42,582 nt of DNA, taken from the NCBI GenBank assembly GCA_963769025.1, contig CAVYKI010000008.1, positions 1-42,582 on the forward strand, given 5' to 3'. Both the position numbers and the translations under genes were made by a program. This DNA is from an uncultured Verrucomicrobiae bacterium (GTDB lineage Bacteria > Verrucomicrobiota > Verrucomicrobiia > Chthoniobacterales > Chthoniobacteraceae). Shown piece by piece: positions 29,840-38,789 of the stretch. Under the pieces are notes generated by a model that was not told where the DNA came from, made no database searches, and saw only the letters and a program-made list of their open reading frames with translations. Numbering within the stretch: position 1 is the first letter of the stretch; each line of letters opens with the position of its first letter.

Positions 29840-30838
29840 ATGCTCTTCATGAGAAGCCGAAGCAACCTCGCGGACTGCCTCCGACAATTGTGCGCATCGC
29901 TGAGCGGACCAGATTTTCCAAGGGTGGATCTCGCAAAGCTGGCGCGGTCGTTTGAAGTCCTGAATGCAACTGCCTCGCGCGACCCCGAGCCTGATGCAGA
30001 GGAGCCGGTCTTCTTGCTGGCCACCAGCTGGCGCAGCGGTTCCACGCTGCTGCAGCGCATTCTTTGCACCGATCCATCCCTGCTATTGTGGGGCGAGCCG
30101 TTCGGACGCATGGCGCTCCTCTCGCGCATCAGTGCGGCGCTTTGCACGCTGGATGGAAAATGGCCACCCGGAGAATTCTGGTGCCCGGCCGAGCTTTCCG
30201 CCACTTCGATGGCCACGTCATGGATCGCAAACCTGTTTCCTGCCGGCGGGGATTTCCGCGCTGCGCTGCGTGAATTCCTGGTGCGCTGGCTGGCTACCCC
30301 CGCACGCCGGATGGGATTCCGACGCTGGGGCATCAAGGAGGTGCGCCTCGGGTCCGCAGAAGCCCGCCTCCTGACGTGGCTGTTTCCAAAGGCCAGCGTC
30401 GTTGTCCTCACACGCCACCCTCACGATGCCTACCGGTCGCTGAGCCGCGCATTTCCACCCGGCGTTCCTTGGGGGATGTTCTCACGGTGGCCCGAGATAC
30501 CACTCACCGGAGCAGCAAGCTTTGCGCGACATTGGAACGGGTTGACTACCAGTTGGCTCCCTCCCCTTGCAGGCGAAAATGCCACTCTCGTGCGCTACGA
30601 GGATGTGGTGAACGGCCGAATGGATTTCCGACGGCTGGAGTCACGGATCGGGCTGCACTTGGATGAACGAAAAGCGCTCACCGTGAACGTGGGTGGCACG
30701 ACCGACCGTGGCGAGCTTCATGCCTGGGAGCGCTGGCTGATCACCCGCGAAGCCCGCGCAGGCATGGAAGCTCTTGGCTATCACGCCGCAGGAGCCGAGG
30801 AGACATTTCATTATCCCGCGGGATGGGCTTCGCAGTGA
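29840..30838 (+). CDS. Sulfotransferase family protein
   Basis: 5'-PSB motif PVFLLATSWRSGSTLLQRIL, WGIKE, 3'-PB motif TRHPHDAYRS, LVRYED; RBS-like GAGGAG before ATG 29840. Confidence 0.88.
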   Translation: MLFMRSRSNLADCLRQLCASLSGPDFPRVDLAKLARSFEVLNATASRDPEPDAEEPVFLLATSWRSGSTLLQRILCTDPSLLLWGEPFGRMALLSRISAALCTLDGKWPPGEFWCPAELSATSMATSWIANLFPAGGDFRAALREFLVRWLATPARRMGFRRWGIKEVRLGSAEARLLTWLFPKASVVVLTRHPHDAYRSLSRAFPPGVPWGMFSRWPEIPLTGAASFARHWNGLTTSWLPPLAGENATLVRYEDVVNGRMDFRRLESRIGLHLDERKALTVNVGGTTDRGELHAWERWLITREARAGMEALGYHAAGAEETFHYPAGWASQ

Positions 30839-30892
30839 GCTGAATTCGCACGGATAGCTGACACCAAGCCTGCGGGATGGCGAATGGGTCCC

Positions 30893-33800
30893 TTATTTCC
30901 GCTCCCGCAACCAGGCGAAGATCACCGGCGTGACGACAAGGATGTGGAGGAGGCTGCTGAGCATGCCGCCGATGACGGGGGCGGCGAGGGGCTTCATCAC
31001 TTCCGCACCGGTGCGGGAACTCCACATGATGGGCAGCAGGCTCGCGACGATGGTGGCTACGGTCATCACCTTTGGGCGCAGCCGCAGACGCGCGCCTTCC
31101 TTGATCGCGGCGATGAGATCGGTGCGCGTGAACGCGGCACCGAGGGCCTTGCGCTTTTGCTCCAGCGCTTCCTCGAGATAGACGACCATGACCACGCCGG
31201 TCTGGATCGCGGTGCCGAAGAGCGCGATGTAGCCGACGGCGACGGCGGCGCTGAAATTGTAGCCGAGCGCGTATTGCAGGAAGACGCCGCCCGTCAGCGC
31301 GAAAGGCACGGCGAGGATGACGTGCGCGGCCTCCTTCGCGCTGCCATAGACGATGTAGAGCAGGAGGAAAATGACCACGAGCACGCCGGGGACGACGAGC
31401 CACATGGTCTCGATGAGGCGGATCTGGTTTTCGTACTCGCCGGCGAATTCGAACTTCACGCCGGGCGGACGCGGGATGGCTTCGACGCGCGCCTTCACTT
31501 CCTTCACGAAGCCGGCGAGATCGCGATCCTGCACGTTGGCCTGCACGTAGCTTTTCAGGCGCCCGTTTTCGCTCTGGATTTCGTTCGGCCCGCTCGTGCG
31601 GCGGATCGTCGCGACCTGCGCGAGCGGGATGTGCTTCCCATTCGGCATGCCGACGAGCAGCGAGCCGATGCGCTCGATGTCATCGCGCTCCTCGCGCGCG
31701 AGCCGGACCTGGATCGGGATGCGCACGCGGCCCTCGATCGTCGTCGCCACCGTGCGTCCGCCGAGGCCGCCCTCGATGACGGCGAAGAGCTGCTCCGCGC
31801 GCAGGCCGTAGCGTCCGGCGGCTTCGCGATCGATTTCGATTTCCAGATAGGGCTTTCCCTGCACGCGCAGCGGCGAGACGCCCGCCGCTCCGCGCACTGC
31901 GCGGATGACGCGCTCGACCTCGGACGTGAGCCTCTGGAGCGTGTCGAGGTCGTCGCCGAGAATCTTCACGCCGAGCTGCGCGCGGATGCCGGTGGCGAGC
32001 ATGAGGCGTCGGTTTTCGATGGGCTGGAGAAATGCGCCGGACACGTAGCCGGGCACCTGCGCGAGCTTCTGAGTCAGCTCGTTTTGAAGTTTCTGAAGCG
32101 TCATTCCCTCCCGCCATTGCTCCTGCGGTTTCAGCATGATGGTCGTCTCGATCATCTCGACCGGTGCGGGATCGGTCGCCGTTTCCGCGCGGCCGAGCTT
32201 GCCGCCGACGCTGAGCACCTCCGGCGTCTCCGCTATGACGCGATCCTGCCACGAGAGCACGCGCTTCACCTCGCTGAGGCTCGTGGCGGGGGTGAACACG
32301 GGCATGAAAAGGAGGCTGCCTTCGTTCAGCGGCGGCATGAATTCGCCGCCGATTCCGGCGAAGGCATTTTGCACGCGCGGCCAGCCATCGAGCTTTGCGA
32401 GCACGCCGCGCGGCAAACCGAGCGCGAGCGCCAGCGCGGAGACGAGCAGCAACGCGGCCAGCGCGAGCACGGTCTTTCGCCAGCGCAGAGCCCAGTCGAG
32501 AACGGGATCGTAGATGCGGAGCAAGGCGCGCATCACCCAGTTGTCCTCTTCGCGGTGGAATGGTCCGCGCACGAGCAGCGTGCACAGCACGGGCACGATC
32601 GTCACGGCGAGCAGCGTCGAGCCAATCATCGCGAAGGTCTTCGTGAAGGCGAGCGGGTGGAAAAGTTTCCCCTCCTGCCCCGTGAGCGCAAACACCGGGA
32701 CGAATGCGAGGATGATGATCGCCATCGCAAAGAAGATCGGGCGCCCGACCTGCTGCGCCGCCTTGAGCGTGACGTCCCATGTTTCGGCTGAGGTGAGGTG
32801 CTGCCCCTTTTCCTCCTCCGCCTTTTCGCAGTGGCGGATGACATTCTCCGTGATCACGATCGCGGCATCCACGAGCACGCCGATGGCGATGGCGATGCCG
32901 GCGAGGGACATGATGTTCGACGTGATGCCGAACTGCCGCATCAGGATGAACGCGATCAGAATCGAGACCGGAAGCGGGAACGTGACGATGAGGATGCTGC
33001 GGAAGTGGAAGAGGAAGATGACGTGCGCGAGCGTGACGAGGAGCACCTCCTCGATGAGCGCGTGCCTGAGCGTGCCGATGGTCCGGTCGATCAGCTCGCT
33101 GCGATCGTAGAAGGGCTTGATGCTCACGCCCGCCGGGAGACTCGGCGTGATGCGGGCGATTTCCTCTTTCACGGCCTTGATGACCGCGTGGGCGTTTTCG
33201 CCCGTGCGCATCACCACCACGCCGCCGACCACCTCGTTGCCATTCACATCGAGCGCGCCGCGGCGGAAATCTCCGCCGACCTCGATGCGCGCGACATCGC
33301 GCAGGTAGATGGGCGTGCCCTCCCGCTCCTTCAGCACGACATGTTCGAGGTCCGCGGCGTTCTTCACGAGGCCCAGGCCGCGGACGATGAACTCCATTCC
33401 GTTTTCCTCGATGACCCGCCCACCGACGTTGAGGCTGCTCTGGCCGACCGCCATCATCACCTCCTCGAGCGAAACACCGGCGGCCTTCATCTTGAAGGAC
33501 GACACCTCGACCTGCCACTGGCGCACGAAGCCGCCCACGCCCGCGACCTCGGCGACGCCGGGGACGCTTTGCAGCGCGTAGCGGATGAAGAAGTCCTGCT
33601 CCGCGCGGAGCCGCCCGAGATCGTAGCCGCCCTGCGGGGCCTTCGCGGGGTCCACGTCGAGGTAATATTGATACACCCAGCCGAGCCCGCTCGCGTCCGG
33701 CCCGAGCTTTGGCGCGACGCCGGCAGGGAGGCTGTCACCGACGGAATTCAGCCGCTCGAGGACGCGGGACCTCGCGAAGTAGTTGTCCACGTCATCGCGG

Positions 33801-34090
33801 AAAATGACCGTGAGCAGCGAGAAGCCGAACATGCTCTGTGCGCGCACGGCTTTCACCCCCGCGAGGCCCTGGAGCTGCGTGGACAGCGGATACGTGATCT
33901 GGTCCTCGACTTCACGGGCTGCGCGGCCCTCCCAGTCGGCAAAGACGATGACCTGGTTCTCGCTGAGGTCGGGAATGGCATCCACCGGCGCACGCCTGAC
34001 CTCGAAGATCCCAAGCGCGATGATCAGCAGCGTGCCGCATCCGACGAGGAAGCGGTTCCGCAGCGACCACTCGATGAGCTTCGGGATCAT
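30893..34090 (-). CDS. cusA: CusA/CzcA family heavy-metal efflux RND transporter (Cu/Ag type)
   Basis: VDAIPDLSENQVIV, EVEDQITYPL, GPDASGLG, SNIMSLAGIAIAIGVLVDA, EFMPPLNEG, ATDPAPVEMIET, RLRPKVMT. Confidence 0.95.
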   Translation of the reverse strand: MIPKLIEWSLRNRFLVGCGTLLIIALGIFEVRRAPVDAIPDLSENQVIVFADWEGRAAREVEDQITYPLSTQLQGLAGVKAVRAQSMFGFSLLTVIFRDDVDNYFARSRVLERLNSVGDSLPAGVAPKLGPDASGLGWVYQYYLDVDPAKAPQGGYDLGRLRAEQDFFIRYALQSVPGVAEVAGVGGFVRQWQVEVSSFKMKAAGVSLEEVMMAVGQSSLNVGGRVIEENGMEFIVRGLGLVKNAADLEHVVLKEREGTPIYLRDVARIEVGGDFRRGALDVNGNEVVGGVVVMRTGENAHAVIKAVKEEIARITPSLPAGVSIKPFYDRSELIDRTIGTLRHALIEEVLLVTLAHVIFLFHFRSILIVTFPLPVSILIAFILMRQFGITSNIMSLAGIAIAIGVLVDAAIVITENVIRHCEKAEEEKGQHLTSAETWDVTLKAAQQVGRPIFFAMAIIILAFVPVFALTGQEGKLFHPLAFTKTFAMIGSTLLAVTIVPVLCTLLVRGPFHREEDNWVMRALLRIYDPVLDWALRWRKTVLALAALLLVSALALALGLPRGVLAKLDGWPRVQNAFAGIGGEFMPPLNEGSLLFMPVFTPATSLSEVKRVLSWQDRVIAETPEVLSVGGKLGRAETATDPAPVEMIETTIMLKPQEQWREGMTLQKLQNELTQKLAQVPGYVSGAFLQPIENRRLMLATGIRAQLGVKILGDDLDTLQRLTSEVERVIRAVRGAAGVSPLRVQGKPYLEIEIDREAAGRYGLRAEQLFAVIEGGLGGRTVATTIEGRVRIPIQVRLAREERDDIERIGSLLVGMPNGKHIPLAQVATIRRTSGPNEIQSENGRLKSYVQANVQDRDLAGFVKEVKARVEAIPRPPGVKFEFAGEYENQIRLIETMWLVVPGVLVVIFLLLYIVYGSAKEAAHVILAVPFALTGGVFLQYALGYNFSAAVAVGYIALFGTAIQTGVVMVVYLEEALEQKRKALGAAFTRTDLIAAIKEGARLRLRPKVMTVATIVASLLPIMWSSRTGAEVMKPLAAPVIGGMLSSLLHILVVTPVIFAWLRERK

Positions 34091-34531
34091 GGGCGCACCT
34101 CCGCTCCGCACTCCAGCATCTCCGCGCCCCACCACGGATTCCGGAGATTGGTGGTGAACTGAATCCAGCGGCCGCGTTCCTTCGGCGCGCTGGGCACGGC
34201 GCCTTTCGCCATGTCGCATGCAAAGATTTTCACGGCGTCAAAACCGTCGTCCTCGCGGCGCAGGTCGAGCGCGAGTTCGGCGGCGGCTTCGCTCAGCGGA
34301 TAAAACGCGGCGCGCAGCGCGGGGAGTTCGCCGGTCTCCGGAAGTTTGGCGAGCGCGGTGATCTTTTCCGCGCGCTGCCCGAGTTGCGCACCGAGTTCGC
34401 TGCTCAGGGTGGCGAGCTTCCCTGCGCCGGCGCGGAAGTCCGCGGCCTTGTCGGCGGCGAGGGCCTCACCAAGCGAGGCCACGAGCGCGAAGAAATCGAG
34501 CGCCGCCTTGCGCTGGGGCTCGGTCAGGGTT
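34087..34531 (-). pseudogene. Out-of-frame C-terminal (DUF3347-like) domain of the cusB adaptor
   Basis: This frame reads TLTEPQRKAALDFFALVASLGEALAAD...RAAFYPLS...FACDMA...WIQ...RNPWWGAEMLECG; its TGA overlaps the cusA ATG (ATGA). Confidence 0.75.
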
Positions 34532-35764
34532 TGCCGCCGGGCTCCCTGGCGGCTCGGGCGGACGGTTGATTTGCGACTGCCCGTCGAGCAGGAGATTGCC
34601 GCTCGTCACGACACGCTCGTCCTCGCGCAGCCCGCCGGCGATTTCCCAAAGCTCGTCGCCCGCGACGCCGACCTGCACTTCCCGCGGCTCATAGACGCCC
34701 GCGCTTTTCTCCACGTAAACGATCGGCTTTCCCGCGGGCCACAGCACGGCGCTGCGCGGCACGGTGAGCGTGGGCGCTGTCTCGGAGCTGATGCGCCCTT
34801 CCGCGTAGAGCTTGTGCAGCAGCTCGTGGCGGTGTTTCCCAGGTTCATTCGTGAGGGGGTTGTCTAGCACGACGCGGACGCGCGCGCTGCGTGTCTCCGG
34901 ATTGAGATTTGGATCGATGAACGTAATCGGCGCGCGCATCACGCGGCCGGGCAGCGCGGGTGTCGAGATGTCCACGTTCGCACCCATGCGGACCCAAGGC
35001 AGGTCGCGCTCATACACGTCGAACACGAACCACATCTTCGAAAAATCCGCGATCTCGAAGAGCATATCGCCCTCCTTCACGTACTGGCCTTCATAGACGT
35101 TCCGGGAAACGACGGTGCCTGTGATCGGCGTGTACACCTTGAGTTCGACGGGGATCTTGTCGGATGCGAGAGCCGCATCGAGTTCCGCGACCGAAAGGCC
35201 CACCCGCAGGAGGCGTTCCCGGATGCTTTTCATGAGCTGGTCGCGCTGGGACGAGGCTGGCTGGCGCGCAATGAGCGGGTAATCGGCGAACAGATTCCGC
35301 AACGACGGGCTGTAAAGCGTGGCGAGGGGCTGTCCGGCGGTGACCTCGGCGCCGACGTAGTTGACGAAGAGCTTCTCGATGCGCCCCTCGGCGGTTGCGC
35401 TCAGGCGGCGATGCGCGCTGTCGTCGTCATCGACCATTCCCGCGACGCGGATGGTGCGCCGGATGGTCCTTTTCACCACGGGCGCCGTCTCGACACCCGT
35501 GACGGTGACGCCCTGCTTGCTCAGCGTGATGAGCGTCGAATCTGCATCGAAGCCGGAGTCGCCCTCGTAAACGGGCGCGAGTTCCATCCCGCAGATGGTG
35601 CAGCGGCCCGGTTTGTCAGACTTCACCCACGGGTGCATGGCGCTCTGGTAGTAGAGCACCTTGCGCCCGGCGGGCGTCTCGACATGCGAATGGCTGTGCT
35701 TGCCGAACCACCATCCGCCAAAGGCGGCGGAGGCGATGAGAATGAGGATGAGAATTTTTTTCAT
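34466..35764 (-). CDS. cusB: CusB-like efflux RND periplasmic adaptor with N-terminal heavy-metal-binding domain (frameshifted near the 3' end)
   Basis: YYQSAMHPWVKSDKPGRCTICGMEL, GRIEKLFVN, YSPSL, EGQYVKEGD, FIDPNLNPETRS, VVTSGNLLLD; the last ~25 aa look out of frame. Confidence 0.88.
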   Translation of the reverse strand: MKKILILILIASAAFGGWWFGKHSHSHVETPAGRKVLYYQSAMHPWVKSDKPGRCTICGMELAPVYEGDSGFDADSTLITLSKQGVTVTGVETAPVVKRTIRRTIRVAGMVDDDDSAHRRLSATAEGRIEKLFVNYVGAEVTAGQPLATLYSPSLRNLFADYPLIARQPASSQRDQLMKSIRERLLRVGLSVAELDAALASDKIPVELKVYTPITGTVVSRNVYEGQYVKEGDMLFEIADFSKMWFVFDVYERDLPWVRMGANVDISTPALPGRVMRAPITFIDPNLNPETRSARVRVVLDNPLTNEPGKHRHELLHKLYAEGRISSETAPTLTVPRSAVLWPAGKPIVYVEKSAGVYEPREVQVGVAGDELWEIAGGLREDERVVTSGNLLLDGQSQINRPPEPPGSPAANPDRAPAQGGARFLRARGLAW

Positions 35765-35846
35765 GAGTCTGAGAAGTTGCGTTGACGTTCACCGAGCCCG
35801 CGCAGCGATGATCGCGCCCGGGCACACCACTGGCGTCAAAGCCTCC

Positions 35847-36221
35847 TCAGACCATCCACATGCAGTTCACCGACTGGAACGAATGGCCGTCGGCATGAGC
35901 GCACAGGCCGACTTTCTCCAGCGGGAAAACGACTGGCTCCACCGGAGGCTGAATCGCGAAAGGCAGCCGCGGCGCGAGTGCCGCGGGCTGCCATTGCCCG
36001 GACTGGGAAGCCGGAGGCGCCGCCGGATCTTGTGCAGGCGCGTGATTCACAGGCGCGGCGCAGCAGCCCTCCGCCCCGGGCTGGCTGCAACACTCGCAAC
36101 CGCGTTTCAACTCGCGCGCGCCGCAGTCGCCCGCCGACAGTATCGCCAAGGATCCGAAGCTCATCGCAACTGCGATGAAAACCCGGAGGAGGCTGGCAAC
36201 TGCGGACGGCATACGACTCAT
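35847..36221 (-). CDS. Cys/Pro-rich small exported protein upstream of cusBA (possible metal-responsive leader)
   Basis: Hydrophobic N-terminus, GCECC...GCC cluster, Pro-rich linker, C-terminal CAHADGHSFQSVNCMWMV; 8 Cys; 82 nt before cusB. Confidence 0.7.
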   Translation of the reverse strand: MSRMPSAVASLLRVFIAVAMSFGSLAILSAGDCGARELKRGCECCSQPGAEGCCAAPVNHAPAQDPAAPPASQSGQWQPAALAPRLPFAIQPPVEPVVFPLEKVGLCAHADGHSFQSVNCMWMV

Positions 36222-36301
36222 TAGTCACCCAAAGTGGAGCAACGTTCAAACGGTATTCTCCCGGGCGGCCTCCGACCGCGATATCCGATGGCGGCCTCCG
36301 G

Positions 36302-37180
36302 ATGACGCCAGAACCCTCCAGCCAGAACACGCGCATCGCGGCAGCGCCCCCGCCGACGGAATCGCTGGTCGATCTGCTGGAGGAGGCCGTGATCGTCGCG
36401 AGCAGGGATGGGAGCATCCTCGAATGGAACAGCGGGGCGACACGCGCCTTTGGATGGACGCCCGACGAGGCGCAGGGGATGTCGGTTCACGCGCTGCAAT
36501 CCGCGGACGCCGTCCGGGGCCTCGCCGGATGCGGCGGCGGGGAGCTACGTGTGGTTTGAAGTCAGCGACACCGGCTGCGGCATGGAGCCGGACGTGCTCC
36601 AGCGGATCTTCGATCCGTTTTTCACCACGAAATTCACGGGCCGCGGACTCGGGCTCGCCGCGGTGCTGGGGATCGTGCGCGGCCACCGGGGAGCGCTCGA
36701 GGTCACCAGCCAGCCCGGCGTGGGGACGCGATTCCGCGTGCTGCTTCCCACCACGGGCGAGATTCCCGAGCCGGCATCCATCGCCGGCCCGCCGGCCCGC
36801 CGGCCGACGAGTGGCGGGGCTCCGGGCTCGTCCTCGTCGTGGATGACGAGGACACGGTGCGGAATGTCGCCACGCGCTTCCTGGACTTCCTCGGGTTCAA
36901 GGCCATCACGGCGACCAATGGGCGCGAGGCACTGGCGCTGTTCCCGTCGCTGGAGGACGTGCGGTTCGTCTTTCTCGATCTCACGATGCCGCAGATGTAC
37001 GGCGAGGAGACGCTGCGCGAACTGCGCAAACTGCGGCCCGATCTGCGGGTGCTCGTGATGAGCGGATACACCACGCAGGATGTCGCGAGCCGCTTTGGAA
37101 ATGACCCGCTGGTTGACTTCATTCAGAAGCCATTCAACCTCGACCACGTTCGCAAAAAAATCCGGTGCCTGCTCGATTAG
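36302..37180 (+). pseudogene. Decayed PAS-domain hybrid sensor histidine kinase/response regulator
   Basis: PAS start ([22 protein letters not shown]) in one frame; HATPase G-boxes ([25 protein letters not shown]) in another; receiver domain (LVVDDE, FLDLTMP, MSGY, FIQKPF) back in the first frame; H-box and N-box absent. Confidence 0.88.
36782..36805 (+). repeat. Octamer tandem repeat (CGCCGGCC)x3 at the kinase/receiver frameshift
   Basis: Three exact copies at 36782, 36790 and 36798. Confidence 0.9.
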
Positions 37181-37215
37181 GCGCCGGTTCGTTCCCACCA
37201 CATCACCCCCATTTC

Positions 37216-38334
37216 ATGAAACAATCCCTCGCCCTCATCGCCCTCCCTTTCCTCCTCGGCTCCTTCTGCGCCGCCGCCGACACGGCGGAATTCTACATCG
37301 GCACCTACACGAAGCCCGGCGGCAGCCTTGGAATTTATCGCGGCACCATTGACCTCAAATCCGGTGCGCTCAGCGCGCCGGTTCTCGCCGGCGAGGCGAA
37401 GAGCCCGAGCTTCCTCGCAGTCCATCCGAATGGGAAGTTCCTCTACGCGGCGATCGAGAGCGGCGGCGGCATGGTCGGCGCATTCGCCATCGGGAAGGAC
37501 GGCTCGCTCCGGCACCTGAACGACGAATCCACCAAGGGCGGTGGAAACTGCCATGTGACGGTGCATCCCGGCGGCAAGAGCGTATTCGCGGCAAACTACG
37601 GCGGCGGAAGCGTCGCCGCCCTGCCGATCCGCGAGGACGGCTCCGTCGGGCCGGCGTCGGGCTTCGTCCAGCACACCGGGAGCAGCGTGAACGCCTCGCG
37701 CCAGAAGGCGCCCCACGCGCATTCGATCTACGTCAGCGGCGATTACGTGTACTCGTGCGACCTCGGGACGGATGATGTCTTCGTGTATCGCTTCGACGCC
37801 GCAAAGGGCACGCTCACGCCGAACGATCCGCCCAGCGGGAAAGTCCCGCCGGGGAGCGGCCCGCGGCATCTCGCGTTTCATCCGAAGGGCGGTTTCGCCT
37901 ACGTGTGCGACGAGATGACGAGCGCGATCACCGTCCTCGCGCATGACGCGAAGAAGGGCACGCTCAAGGCGATCCAGACACTCAGCACGCTGCCGGAAGG
38001 CGCGCCCGACGCGCAGAAAAACAGCACCGCCGAGATTTTCTGCCACCCGAATGGCCGCTTCGTCTATGTCTCGAACCGCGGGCACGACAGCATCGCCGTC
38101 TTCGCCATCGGCGACGACGGGAAGGTGACGACCGTGCAGCACGCGCCCGCCAATGTGAAGGTGCCGCGCGGCTTCGCGTTGTCCCCCGACGGCGGATGGC
38201 TCGTCGCCGCCGGCCAGAACGACAACAGCCTCGCGTCGCACAAAATCGATCCCGCGACCGGAAAACTCACGCCGGCGGCACAGGTCTCCGGCGTCGGTTC
38301 GCCGGTGTGCGTGGTCTTCGCCGTCCCGCGCTAG
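37216..38334 (+). CDS. Secreted lactonase family beta-propeller (6-phosphogluconolactonase-like)
   Basis: Signal peptide; YIGTYT, SPSFLA, ANYGGGSV, PHAHS, DLGTD, GSGPRHLAFHP, YVSNRGHDSI, PRGFALSPDG. Confidence 0.93.
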   Translation: MKQSLALIALPFLLGSFCAAADTAEFYIGTYTKPGGSLGIYRGTIDLKSGALSAPVLAGEAKSPSFLAVHPNGKFLYAAIESGGGMVGAFAIGKDGSLRHLNDESTKGGGNCHVTVHPGGKSVFAANYGGGSVAALPIREDGSVGPASGFVQHTGSSVNASRQKAPHAHSIYVSGDYVYSCDLGTDDVFVYRFDAAKGTLTPNDPPSGKVPPGSGPRHLAFHPKGGFAYVCDEMTSAITVLAHDAKKGTLKAIQTLSTLPEGAPDAQKNSTAEIFCHPNGRFVYVSNRGHDSIAVFAIGDDGKVTTVQHAPANVKVPRGFALSPDGGWLVAAGQNDNSLASHKIDPATGKLTPAAQVSGVGSPVCVVFAVPR

Positions 38335-38511
38335 CCGCTTGTCGAAAGACGCGCCGTTCCGCGCGGGTTCTTCAGCCCCCGGTGCGTCCGTCAGGCGGTC
38401 GACTCCGCGACGGTGAGGGATGGACGGGCAAAGGATCCCGAGAAAGAGACAGCCACTCCGGCCTCCTTTGCCGATGTCAGGGGCAGCCCTTATCAAACCA
38501 TCCCACTCATC

Positions 38512-38730
38512 ATGAAAATCACCCACCTCTCCGCCGCCGTCATCACCGTCCTGTTCACCGCCTGCGACGTCAAAGTGAACAACCCGCCGCCGGCCGGCGA
38601 CACGACCATCGTCAATCCGCCCGCCGAAAAGAAAGTGGAACACAACACCACCATCGTGAACCCGCCTGCTGAAAAAAAGGTGGAACACAACACGACCATC
38701 GTGAATCCCCCCGCGCCCGAGAAGAAGTAG
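38512..38730 (+). CDS. Small repeat lipoprotein (72 aa)
   Basis: MKITHLSAAVITVLFTA-C lipobox; about 2.7 copies of TTIVNPPAEKKVEHN with synonymous codon differences between copies. Confidence 0.85.
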   Translation: MKITHLSAAVITVLFTACDVKVNNPPPAGDTTIVNPPAEKKVEHNTTIVNPPAEKKVEHNTTIVNPPAPEKK

Positions 38731-38789
38731 TCCGCGCGCGCGCCCTGCACTGCGGCGGTTTTTTCCCCCTTTTCGCCTTTGATTTCTGG

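Noticed and set aside
36839..37180. Stand-alone response regulator gene
   Set aside because: The GTG start falls inside the first beta-strand (LVLVVDDE); it is the frameshifted tail of the hybrid kinase pseudogene.
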